Assembly (NCBI GenBank): GCA_029762535.1
Contig: JARVGK010000001.1
Coordinates: 1 to 64,000, forward strand
Length of the DNA stretch: 64,000 nucleotides
Origin: Thermoplasmatota archaeon
GTDB lineage: Archaea > Thermoplasmatota > Penumbrarchaeia > Penumbrarchaeales > Penumbrarchaeaceae
Reading direction: 5' to 3'
Within the stretch, counting starts at the first letter, position 1. Each line of letters begins with the position of its first letter. The translations under genes were made by a program, and so were the position numbers. The notes under the pieces are model-generated. The model had not been told where the DNA came from, searched no databases, and saw only the letters and a list, made by a program, of their open reading frames with translations. Of the stretch, positions 9,244 through 18,800 are shown piece by piece.

Positions 9244-10671
9244 ATGAGGATCGCAAAGACCGCTATCGTATTGGCCATGGCCCTGATCGTGTCAGGATCG
9301 ATGATATCCTTAGCCGTGGGTGAGGCATCCGAGCCCAATGTCAACGGCCACGTCCTCGACGCGGCGAGCGGGGAGGGGATCCCGGCCCTCGTAACGTTCT
9401 ACTTGAGCGATGGTAACTCCAAAATAGAGGTCCGATCGGACGATGACGGGTATTTCGCCCTCTTTCTCAGGGAGGGAGAATACCGTTACACTGTAGAGTC
9501 CAGAGGTTACGAATCATACAAGGCCTCCGTCAAGGTGGGGGCTTCCTCCCTGACGATGAGGGCCCCCATGAAGGCATCGGCGGACAAGCCCGTGGACAAC
9601 CTTTACGGGTCCGTCCACGACGCCGAGAGCGGATCTCCGTTGTATGCGGTGATAGCCATACACCTGCCGGATTCGATCGAACCCTTGATGAAGCTCGAGA
9701 CGGACAGGTCCGGGCAGTTCTCGGCTCTGCTCAGGCCGGGAGAATACCGTTATCATGCCGAGAGCAGGGACCACGAGAGCGTCAAGGGCCGGTTCAGCAT
9801 ACCGGAGGAGGGGGTCGTCAAGCTCCCCATAAAGATGAGCCCTATGAACGGGGATATGGACCATGGGATCGTCCACGGCATCGTCCTCACCGGAGGTGAG
9901 AGGCCGGTCCCCGGTTGCGAAGTGCTGATATTCCCCTTGCTAATTGACGGTCATCATAACGAGAAGGGGCCCGCACCCATGAGTGAAAGGACCGATGAGC
10001 ATGGCGAGGTTCATATGAGGGTTCCCTTCGGAGCCTATCATGTTGAGGTGCACAGGGAAGGGTTCGTGCCGGGTTTCGCCGAGTTCGAGGTGACCGCTGA
10101 GAGGCCGGAGGCCCATTTCAAGATATTCATCGCGCCCGTCGAAGCTCCAGAGCCTCCTCCTGGTCATGGCATACGCATCGAGTTCGAGAGGATCGACCGT
10201 GACAGCGACGGGAACCCTGAAAGGGTGTTCATGATGGTCCAGATGGACATGGATCCCGAGCCCGAGGTGCTTTACGAGATCATGGACCGCGACAGCGACG
10301 GGAACCCGGAGGTGGTGACCTTCACCATGAACGTGGAACCGAGGCTGCAGGCCCTGATCTTGATGCTTATCGACGTGTATCTGAGGGAAGTTCCGCCGTT
10401 CCCCGATATGCCCCTGGATGAGCAGTTGCCTGGCGGGGATATGCCTTTCCTGGAACGGATCGAGGATTATCTGAACTCGGACCCGGCCAACGTATCTCCT
10501 GAGGAGGAGCCAGGAATGGGGTCCGAGGAAAAGGCCCAGGAGGCCGTCAGCCAAAAGACGTCGCGTCAGGACATCAGCGGGAGATTGATATTGGGCATCG
10601 GAGCCGTGCTGGTCCTTATGGGCCTGCTCGGTATCGCCGCCTTCATCGCCGTCAGAAGAAAAGATGGGTGA
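9244..10671 (+). CDS. Membrane-anchored surface protein with three carboxypeptidase-regulatory-like beta-sandwich repeats and two DxDxDG motifs
   Basis: RBS AGGTGA, signal peptide, repeats 'GHVLDAASGEGI', 'GSVHDAESGSPL', 'GIVLTGGERPVPG'; 'DRDSDGNPE' twice; C-terminal TM followed by RRK. Confidence 0.75.
   Translation: MRIAKTAIVLAMALIVSGSMISLAVGEASEPNVNGHVLDAASGEGIPALVTFYLSDGNSKIEVRSDDDGYFALFLREGEYRYTVESRGYESYKASVKVGASSLTMRAPMKASADKPVDNLYGSVHDAESGSPLYAVIAIHLPDSIEPLMKLETDRSGQFSALLRPGEYRYHAESRDHESVKGRFSIPEEGVVKLPIKMSPMNGDMDHGIVHGIVLTGGERPVPGCEVLIFPLLIDGHHNEKGPAPMSERTDEHGEVHMRVPFGAYHVEVHREGFVPGFAEFEVTAERPEAHFKIFIAPVEAPEPPPGHGIRIEFERIDRDSDGNPERVFMMVQMDMDPEPEVLYEIMDRDSDGNPEVVTFTMNVEPRLQALILMLIDVYLREVPPFPDMPLDEQLPGGDMPFLERIEDYLNSDPANVSPEEEPGMGSEEKAQEAVSQKTSRQDISGRLILGIGAVLVLMGLLGIAAFIAVRRKDG
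10195..10310 (+). repeat. 26-nt intragenic direct repeat, two copies (10195-10220, 10285-10310)
   Basis: gaccgtgacagcgacgggaaccctga vs gaccgcgacagcgacgggaacccgga, 2 mismatches, 90 nt apart; both encode DRDSDGNPE. Confidence 0.85.
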
Positions 10672-11381
10672 ACGGGGAATATATGATGGATTACATCTCC
10701 ACGGGCATAAGGAGGTTCGACGAGGAGATCGGGGGAGGGATACCCCGGGGATCGATCATAATATTGAGCGGGACGCCCGGGACGTACAAATCCTCGATGG
10801 CGTTCTCCATCCTGTACGAGGCCGCGCGCAAGAAGGGGAACGTGGGGATATATCTGCTCTTCGAGCAGAGCATGAAGAGCCTCGTCTTCCAGCAGGAGGA
10901 GATGGGCCGGGTTATGGACGACGGTATAAAGAAACAGCTCATAGTCTCCGACGTCGGGAGGATAAGGGCGGCCATGGACAGGCTTGAGAAGGGCAACGAC
11001 TGGCTGGAGGCCGTGAAATCCTACGTGGAATACATTGTAAAAGAGCGCAGGGCGGACCTTCTCGTCATCGATTCGCTCCCGGTCCTCGAGATCCTCTCGG
11101 CTAAGAGGAGCCGCAGGGATTTCCTGTTCCAGCTGTTCGAATGGCTAAGGGCCCTGGGCACTACGACCATACTAATATCGGAGAAACGGTCGCTGGATTT
11201 CAACTACGAGGAGGAGGACTTCCTTGCCGACGGGCTCATACAGATGACCCTGACGCCCGTTGGCGAGGTGGATCTGCAGCGGAGGATCAGATGCGTCAAG
11301 CTCAGGGGCATGGCGCACAACACTTCCATGTTCGCCCTTGAGCACAAGGAAGGAGCGTTCAGGATAGCGCCGGCCATATAG
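10668..11381 (+). CDS. KaiC/RAD55-like RecA-superfamily ATPase, single domain
   Basis: 'ISTGIRRFDEEIGGGIPRGS', Walker A GTPGTYKS, Walker B LVIDSL, 'RCVKLRG'. Confidence 0.9.
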   Translation: MNGEYMMDYISTGIRRFDEEIGGGIPRGSIIILSGTPGTYKSSMAFSILYEAARKKGNVGIYLLFEQSMKSLVFQQEEMGRVMDDGIKKQLIVSDVGRIRAAMDRLEKGNDWLEAVKSYVEYIVKERRADLLVIDSLPVLEILSAKRSRRDFLFQLFEWLRALGTTTILISEKRSLDFNYEEEDFLADGLIQMTLTPVGEVDLQRRIRCVKLRGMAHNTSMFALEHKEGAFRIAPAI

Positions 11382-11398
11382 GGAAAGGAGGAATACAG

Positions 11399-11842
11399 GT
11401 GAAAATATCTCTGGAGGACCATGTGAGGGGCCATAGACCCTGCCCCCGATGCGGGGAGGAGATGTGGATAGTCGAGAGAAAAGGTCAGAAGCTCGACACA
11501 TGCGAGCGATGCCTGGGATATTGGTTCGACTCGAACGAGCTGGACGCGGTCCTGGGAGGGGAGACGAGGATCGAGCTGATGGTCATGATAAAACCCTCCA
11601 TTCGAGGCGAGAGGCTGACATGCCCCTCATGTTCATCCAGAATGGACTCCAAGGAGATATTCGGCGTATTCGTCGATCAATGCCCCGAATGCGGCGGGAT
11701 ATGGTTGGACAAAGGTGAAACGGAGAAGATATGGAGGATAACCGACGGCATACTCCATCCATACAAGCACGATGAGGGCGACATGGACCCAGTCAAGTTC
11801 TGGTATCCGTTCAAGGTGAACCAGGACTCATTGACATGCTGA
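11399..11842 (+). CDS. Double zf-TFIIB-type zinc-ribbon protein
   Basis: Two repeats 'CPRC..M..LDTCERCLGYWFD..EL' and 'CPSC..M..VDQCPECGGIWLDKGE'. Confidence 0.85.
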   Translation: MKISLEDHVRGHRPCPRCGEEMWIVERKGQKLDTCERCLGYWFDSNELDAVLGGETRIELMVMIKPSIRGERLTCPSCSSRMDSKEIFGVFVDQCPECGGIWLDKGETEKIWRITDGILHPYKHDEGDMDPVKFWYPFKVNQDSLTC

Positions 11843-12244
11843 GAAAGGCTTTCGGTGCTTGACGTAAGGCCTATCCGGCAGGTCGCCTTTGAACAGGCAT
11901 TTCGTGCATCGGTATGTCCTGTACGAGCGCGATATGGTCTGGGACCCGCAGAGCGGACACTTGTAGGTCAAGAGCGATCCGTCATTATCCAGGAATTCCT
12001 GTACCTTTTCCATGTTTATGGTCCATAGGTTCGCGTCCTTTGGGGTCTCGTCCTCCCTTCGTGGCTCGAGAATCCCGATGTTGTAGAGATATAACGTAAT
12101 GTCCCTGCCCTTGACCATTCTGGTCGCGAACTTGTCGAATATCCTCTGGACGGTGACGTGTTTCTCCTTGGAGAACTTCTCGATCAACATCTCCATGATG
12201 GAGCGGATCACCTCATTGCTTTGTTCCTCGTTCTGGTGCGACAT
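11828..12244 (-). CDS. Winged-helix plus zinc-ribbon protein with TFE-like architecture
   Basis: Start at ATG 12244 after GGGGAG; 'LYLYNIGILE..LWTINMEKV' then CPLC..CTKC. Confidence 0.6.
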   Translation of the reverse strand: MSHQNEEQSNEVIRSIMEMLIEKFSKEKHVTVQRIFDKFATRMVKGRDITLYLYNIGILEPRREDETPKDANLWTINMEKVQEFLDNDGSLLTYKCPLCGSQTISRSYRTYRCTKCLFKGDLPDRPYVKHRKPFSACQ

Positions 12245-12326
12245 TTTACTCCCCGCGGTGACCCACATGGCTTGGGAATACCCGTCCCGAACGGATTGTT
12301 CCGATAAAAAGCTATTGCAGTGGGTT

Positions 12327-12980
12327 CTATAGCCACTCCACCACCGCATCGCTTACCTTTTGGAGATCCTCGCCATCGATCACGATGTCCGCCTCTTTCG
12401 ACGACTGTTCGTCCATCGGCCTGAATGCTATGGAGAGGTCGCTGGAGGTAAAGAGGGGAACGTCCACGAACGAGTCTCCGACCGATACGACAATTCCATA
12501 ACCCGGGTTCCGGTCCAGAAAACCCTTGAGCACCGCTCCCTTGTCCCTTAGCGGGACCCTCAAGATCCCCTCGCCGGTAAGCCTACCCGTGCTATCGGAG
12601 GCGAGACCGTTGCTGAAGATCTCCCTGAACCTGCCCTCCCGATCGATGATGCGTGAAAGTAGGTCGATCCCGCCGCTTATCATTATCAGGTCGAAGCCGG
12701 CATCCATAAGTTCTCTGACCGCACTGGAATAACCTGGCATTATACCGACCGAGGAGAAGAGGTTCCCGAGATAGGGTATGTCGATCCCGGGGCGGGTGTT
12801 CATCCACATTTCGATGTCCCGCCTCATGAATCCGGCATCGTCGATCAGTCCCTGCATGTAGAGATCGTAGGACCGCTCGTTCTGCGTTCCGAGATGGTCG
12901 TGGACTATCCTCCACGAGCTCCTTGGCCTGACCAGGACCCCGTCCATGTCGAAGACCATCAACCTATCGTTCATTACCAT
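12327..12980 (-). CDS. HAD-IB family phosphatase (phosphoserine phosphatase-like)
   Basis: Motif I 'FDMDGVL', motif II 'ISGG', 'DKG', motif IV 'VGDSFVD'. Confidence 0.88.
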   Translation of the reverse strand: MVMNDRLMVFDMDGVLVRPRSSWRIVHDHLGTQNERSYDLYMQGLIDDAGFMRRDIEMWMNTRPGIDIPYLGNLFSSVGIMPGYSSAVRELMDAGFDLIMISGGIDLLSRIIDREGRFREIFSNGLASDSTGRLTGEGILRVPLRDKGAVLKGFLDRNPGYGIVVSVGDSFVDVPLFTSSDLSIAFRPMDEQSSKEADIVIDGEDLQKVSDAVVEWL

Positions 12981-12999
12981 GACCTGTCCCAAAATAGGG

Positions 13000-13321
13000 A
13001 CCAGGCAGGCCAAGGTGGACGCCCTGGTCCGCGATCGGTTAGCCCTCGCGCCTTCTCCACCCCGGCTCCCGACGAGCGTTGGGAATCTACAGTTAGGCTG
13101 CTCCCTTCCGGGCCTGACCCGGTCCCCGTAATCAAGGCGCCGAAGCGGCCCTCCGGCCGCCCCAGGGCGCCACTTCCAACCCCGAGGGACGTTGCTTCAT
13201 CGTCGGCACTTGGACCGAAAGCGTACTGGTTGCGCCGCCCCTGGCCGTCACCCCGCTATAGACCGTGCTGCGGTACGCCTTGCGGCGCAAGGGAGGGCCT
13301 AGCTCCCCGATCAAGCCTGGC
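13000..13321 (-). ncRNA. ffs: Archaeal signal recognition particle (7S/SRP) RNA
   Basis: Minus strand has helix 8 'GGGTCAGGCCCGGAAGGGAGCAGCC'. 5' GCCAGGC pairs with 3' GCCTGGT; ~320 nt, GC-rich, intergenic, followed by TATTTT. Ends approximate. Confidence 0.93.
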
Positions 13322-13512
13322 GGACCCCGATAAATTGGGCTTGTATTTAGGTTTATCTGGTCAAGACATCATCATCGGTCTGAGAGTGAGGCCTCCCTGC
13401 GAACTGAAAGGTCCTATCCGGTGGTCCATTATTTCAATGAGTGAAAAAAATAGTATTGGCGAGGCAATCATTTTATACCAATTCCTTTCTCCATGTAGTT
13501 GGAGGTTAGTAA

Positions 13513-13941
13513 ATGAGCGAGGAGGATAACGGCTCACCCCAGGAAACCCTGGAGGGTTTGACCATCAAGAACTTTACGATCACAGATGAGTTCATTTCCG
13601 TTATGAGGGACCTTCCCTGCAGGGACCTGGCCAAGAAGTTGATGGAGGTTCCCAAGGGGGTGATATTCGCCCTTGAGGACGAGACCCCAGTGGGGGCCAT
13701 AACCGCGCGCGAGTTCCTGATCGCCACGATGAACGGGGACAATCTCCAGGAAATGGTAACGGAAGACATAATGAACACTAATATCATGGAGATCGGAATG
13801 GATGACAACATATCCGAGGTGATCCAGAAGATCTCGAAGTTCGCTCCGTACGCCATTGTGGTGAAGGATTCGGAAGGCGCCTTCAGGGGATATTTCTCCC
13901 CCAATGATTATCGGGAAGCCCTCAAGAGGCTGGGGCTGTAG
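13513..13941 (+). CDS. CBS-domain pair protein
   Basis: 'PVGAITAREFL', 'EDIMNTNI', 'IVVKD..FRGYFSPND'; RBS GGAGGT. Confidence 0.8.
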   Translation: MSEEDNGSPQETLEGLTIKNFTITDEFISVMRDLPCRDLAKKLMEVPKGVIFALEDETPVGAITAREFLIATMNGDNLQEMVTEDIMNTNIMEIGMDDNISEVIQKISKFAPYAIVVKDSEGAFRGYFSPNDYREALKRLGL

Positions 13942-13946
13942 TCCTG

Positions 13947-14879
13947 TCAGATGATCAGGAACAAGGCCAATATCAGGTTCCCCAGGACCGCCTGGACCGC
14001 TACCCCTACAGTGAGCGACAGTATGAAAGGTATCTTCGGAGTCACCCTGACCTTTTCGACCCCTCTTCTTTTCAAGCCCCTGATCAGCTCCTCGGTCGGG
14101 TCCTCCTTGCTCTTTGAACCATCGACCCCATCGATGACGAGCCATACATGACTATTCAACGTTTTTTCTATGTCCATCGTGTAGCTGGTCCAGGACCTCA
14201 GGGGATGAAAGCTCCCGTAAAAAGCGTTCCTGAGAGGGATGTAGATGAGCATAGCTATCACTGTCATTAGGGAGGCGTTTATGAGCACACCGAGATGGAA
14301 GGGCGATGCGTACTCGAGGAAAGGATTGATCTCAAAGGCCCGGTAGAAGGGTCCTATGGATATCGGAAGCGTTGGCCCGTACCAGGGATAGAGGGCGGCC
14401 AAGGAAATGAGGCATTTTGCATCGGCTCCCCCATGTATGAGCCTCGTACCGAATATTGAAAAGGAATAAAGGGAGAAATATACGGCCATGAAGATGAGCG
14501 AGATCACCATCATGGTGCTGATCCCGCGGTCCCCCAACACCAAGGAGGCGATCGCTCCTGCGATGAGCATGAGATAAACCAGAGTGAAGACCAGGTCCAT
14601 CCTCTCGCCCCTGAGGACCTTTCCCGGCTCCGGATAGCCCCATATTATGAAGACCATGGCAGCGGCCGGCATGGATAGGCTGAGAAGGGACGCGGGTCTC
14701 TCCAAGGCCCCTCTGTGCAACATCTCGGCTATGAGAATAGGTATTCCAGCTAATATCAGGACGATCCAGAATATGTCAGGTACCCTCCGGGTCCTCAGGT
14801 CGTGGTATGAAGCTGCCCCGAGCACGATGAGCGTCAATGCGACCTTCGATGCGAAAGTGATCTCAGGGACCGAGACCAT
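13947..14879 (-). CDS. Prepilin/prearchaellin peptidase (A24, FlaK/PibD-like)
   Basis: 'ASYHDLRTRRVPD', GxGD-type 'GGADAK', C-terminal 'VRVTPKIPFI'; multiple TMs. Confidence 0.9.
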   Translation of the reverse strand: MVSVPEITFASKVALTLIVLGAASYHDLRTRRVPDIFWIVLILAGIPILIAEMLHRGALERPASLLSLSMPAAAMVFIIWGYPEPGKVLRGERMDLVFTLVYLMLIAGAIASLVLGDRGISTMMVISLIFMAVYFSLYSFSIFGTRLIHGGADAKCLISLAALYPWYGPTLPISIGPFYRAFEINPFLEYASPFHLGVLINASLMTVIAMLIYIPLRNAFYGSFHPLRSWTSYTMDIEKTLNSHVWLVIDGVDGSKSKEDPTEELIRGLKRRGVEKVRVTPKIPFILSLTVGVAVQAVLGNLILALFLII

Positions 14880-15631
14880 CAGGCGTCCTCCCCACCCGAG
14901 ATCTGGGCGGCTCTCTGTAATAGAAGCCTCGCCTGGGTCGGGTTCATTTTACATATGCGGGCCAGTTCGGCGGGGCTCGTCGATGCCACATCACCGGGCG
15001 ATGTCATACCTGCCTTGATCAGGCTCAGTGCGGTCCCCTGCGAGACCCCCAGATCGTTGGCGAGGCCCACGGCCAACTCGGTCATGGGGGGCCTCTCATA
15101 TCTATGGGGGATCTCCCCCCCTCTCCGAGGTGTGGGCCTCTGGACCGCTGACAAGGGCTTCCATTCCTTGCTCATGCCAGCGAAAGCGATCCTGACATCC
15201 CCTCCTTCGATGTCCGAATGGGCCTTCTCCTCCCTCGAGGCCTTGGATCTGGCCTCAACGTGAACAGGATCCGAGCGGGCCAATGAAACGGCGGTCCCGG
15301 TCAATGTGATCCCGACCCTGCCATCATTGTCTCTGTCCATCATGACGGAGCAGCCGATGACCGCATCGGCCCCCATGCTCATTGCGGTATGCTTCAGGTC
15401 GCCCTCCACCAGCCTGAAGAGGGCCTCGTAATGCTCCGGGTTCTCGGCCCAGGGCCATGAGTTGGGGCCATCGCGAATGAAGCTCTTTCCTTTCGTATCC
15501 CCCTCCACCCTGCGATGGCCGAAGGCAAGCCCAAGGTAACGGAGGACCTCTGTTCCATGAATGTCGTCAGATGTCGTCAGGATTATGCCCTCGACGCTCT
15601 TTCCGGATGGCCTTTTCACTCTTGCGGACAT
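14879..15631 (-). CDS. YbjQ/UPF0145 heavy-metal-binding-like domain fused to a C-terminal helix-hairpin-helix-like domain
   Basis: 'LTTSDDIHGTEVLRYLG', 'AMSMGADAVIG', 'TGTAV'; C-terminal 'GVSQGTALSLIKAGMTS..ASTSPAELARI'. ATG 15631 after GGAGGT. Confidence 0.7.
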   Translation of the reverse strand: MSARVKRPSGKSVEGIILTTSDDIHGTEVLRYLGLAFGHRRVEGDTKGKSFIRDGPNSWPWAENPEHYEALFRLVEGDLKHTAMSMGADAVIGCSVMMDRDNDGRVGITLTGTAVSLARSDPVHVEARSKASREEKAHSDIEGGDVRIAFAGMSKEWKPLSAVQRPTPRRGGEIPHRYERPPMTELAVGLANDLGVSQGTALSLIKAGMTSPGDVASTSPAELARICKMNPTQARLLLQRAAQISGGEDA

Positions 15632-15632
15632 A

Positions 15633-15827
15633 TCATACCTCCTTGAACTCACCGTCGATCACGCTTTCGGTGATGTCCTCAACTCCGATAGTCTTTTGCC
15701 CGTCGTTCTCAGGCATGGCCTTCTTGAAAAGATTTACGATGATAGAAGCGATGACGATCGAAAAGAAAAGAAGTAGGCAACAGCCACTTAAAAGGCAGGA
15801 AATGATAAGAGCCGTCAGGGCCGCCAT
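15633..15827 (-). CDS. Small single-TM membrane protein (64 aa)
   Basis: Hydrophobic N-terminus, acidic tail VIDGEFKEV; stop is adjacent to the next gene's start. Confidence 0.6.
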   Translation of the reverse strand: MAALTALIISCLLSGCCLLLFFSIVIASIIVNLFKKAMPENDGQKTIGVEDITESVIDGEFKEV

Positions 15828-15879
15828 GTGGAATTACCAATGACGTCAACGATAACGAGGTAAATAAAGGATGTCCGGT

Positions 15880-18800
15880 TCATGCGCTGTCGTCCGCATC
15901 CTTCCTCTTCTGACGAACGAACGAGGGCATTTTGGTCCTGGTCCTCATGTAGAGGTAAACGCCGGCCGATACGATCCCTGCCATCACGAGGAAGAGCGCG
16001 ATGTCCCAGATGAGACCTTTCCCCATCGCCCTGGGATGATCGTCGGCACCGAAAGGGGCATGTCCGCCTACGGCTGTCCCTTTCGGCAGTGATTCTGGCT
16101 CGTCCCAGGCATGCTTTGGAGAATAGATATGAATGTCCGGGTCCCCGTAATAGACGAGGTTCTCGAATATGTCCCACCACCAACCGTCGACAAGATATTC
16201 GATCCCGACGTGTGAGATCCCCCTCTCATAGGCCTCGCCCACAGAGTAACCGTAGTATAGGTCCCTGAGGAACATGTTCATGGCGAAGGCGCTGTACCAG
16301 GACGTCAACCATGGGTCTATGACCTGGAAGACAGATCCGTGCCTAACCATCATCAGATGTAGGTAAGTATTGGCTATAAGGCAGGATCCCCCCGAGAATC
16401 CCATTGAATGCAGGTTCTCGAAGGCCTCGTCCATGACCAGACCGTTCTCCGAGTATTCGGTCTGTCCCTGCTGCGCGATGGCTATGACCACCCCATCGTG
16501 GCGCTCGGGGATGATCCCCAGTTCGGTCTGGGGTCCGAATCCTGGAGTGACGTCGAGCCCGATATGCTTGGACATGGTCACAACGTCCGGATCGTCTGTT
16601 GCCCCCCTCAGCCTCATGAGATTGGTACCGGCGAACGGAACGCCCATCTCCTCGTAACCCCTCCATGGGTTCTCCTCAACAGCATTCCTTTCATCCCACC
16701 AACCGACTACACCGGAATTGGTATGCCCGCCATGCATGACCTCGAGCCACATGATGGCCCCTCTGTTGAGGTTCTCGGTCGTCTTCTCGAACGTGGTCGA
16801 AAAGGCCTGGCCGTATCCGAGGTGGTCGAGATAGTGCGGGACTATCTCTGAGCTGTCAAGGTCGGGATAGACACCACCTGGATCTATTCCGTCCGGATCG
16901 GTGGCCGATGAGGAATCGAAATAAGGGGTAATGCCCGTCCTTGTCGTATACGGGGTGCCCCAATATTCAGATGCCTGCTCGTTGAACTTGTACTGGTAGC
17001 TGACCCATGATTGGACGACGGCGAACCTCTCCTCGGTCTCGGTCTCCTCCTCCGTGATTACCAGCTTCCCCCCGACCCTTGTGGAACTCGAGCCTTGTAT
17101 CCTCATGCCGTTGTGCTCGTCGAGATCGTGCTCCACGGTCGGATTGGCGAAGATCAGCTTGTCATAGAGGCCCGAGCGGGAGACCCACATGGCCGCATCC
17201 GCCGGCGTCCCCATTATGCGGCCGGAGTTGGCTGCACCTACAAGCGCCCTGTCCCATGAGGAACCGATGTCGAACTGGTCAGCGACGGTAATGATGCTCT
17301 CCTTGCATTTCCCCTCCTCGTCGAGCGGGGTCTTTATATCAAGCCCGTAGCTGTCGAGGACGGAGTATATCTCTCTTCCCGTCAGGATCATGCAGGCGAC
17401 GGATGGCGGGGCCCTATTGTGATGATAGGCATACCTCCAGAACTCGTTGTGCCATGCCTGGGCACAGGAAAGCTCGGGATGCGCCTCCACAAGAAGCACC
17501 GGAGCGCCGTGGAAAGCGCCCGAGAGAGCAGCGGGTCCGACGAATAGTGCCCCGGGGACCTCCTCTCCGGGATTGCCTGAGGCATCCCTGCCGAGGAGAA
17601 CGTTCCAGGAGGTCCAGGGAGACATCGTGGAGAAGACTATGTCCATAGAGGGAAAGCCGGGGAGGCTGGACCGATCCTGTATCTCAGAGTAGAGCCTATC
17701 GTAGCTGTCGATCCTTTCGACCTTGATCTCTGGCATGACGAAACCTCTCAAGCTATCGATGTCCTTCAGGACCCCCTTGCCAGAGAGACGGCCCGGGTCC
17801 ACGATGTAGGCCTTTCGTACCCCTAGAGTGTTGATGGCATCGCCCACGGAACGTGGGAGTGAATCCGGTTTACAATATAGCAGCGGGGCGTTGAGCTGGG
17901 ATGCCAGGACCGCCCCGTTGGCCGCCCCCGCCCAGCTGTGTGCCTCCTTCGCTTCCTTCATCTGCTTGAACTCGTATCTGATGGTAAAAGGCGTGGACCT
18001 CGAGTTGGAGGCCATATTGATGACCGAGAGTTTGTAATCGCCCTCCCCCAGCTCCGGGATCTCCATGACCTGCCTTGTACTGTCTGTCTGTGCCCTTGCA
18101 ACGGCGATCTCCGCGCCCTCCGGTCCCCGGAGTATGAGTCCAAGGGCCTGGTCGCCTTCGGTCCACTCAAGAGTGAATACGGCGTCCCGGCAGTAGAACG
18201 GGGTCTTGACCGGCATCGGGAGATCGATGCCAGGATAGAGGGTATAGTCGATCGTGTAAACGACAGTGGAATCGAATGGGGCTTCCGGGTCAAGGCCTTT
18301 GGAGAGCCTGTCATCCATAACGCTTCGGACCCTTTCTCTCCTCCAGTCCTCCTTCTGCTTGTCGTTGGTCTCAAGTGCGGGAGGGATCGCGCCCCAACCC
18401 TCGGGATCTTCCATGTGGACGAGGGAGTTCTCTGTGGGCATATAGGTCACGGCGAACTGCCAACCACCTGGGTTGTACAGGTATGAATCGATCTCCTCGG
18501 AGGCGCCCTCTAGGACGTTCCACTTCTCGCTAGCCCCAACCTGTCCCAGCTCGTCGGAATACAGCTGCAGGTCAGGGTCCTTGCCCCTCTCGGAAATGCT
18601 CGATAAGGGGTTCCAGCTCTGCCCCCATGTAAGCTGTGAAGTTATGAACTTGAAGTCGGGAGGCACCTCGAAGGGATGGAAGTTCGGATCGACCGGGGAC
18701 GGCTCCTTGCTCCCGGACAGCGATCCGCTAACGGGGGACGCATCGGGGGTCGATCCGTTGAGGGTCCCGGCGAATGGGACCTCGATGCTCGTTGGACCCT

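Noticed and set aside
12894-13529. ORFs overlapping the SRP RNA region
   Set aside because: GC-rich structural RNA gives spurious Pro/Arg-rich frames; SRP motifs explain the region.
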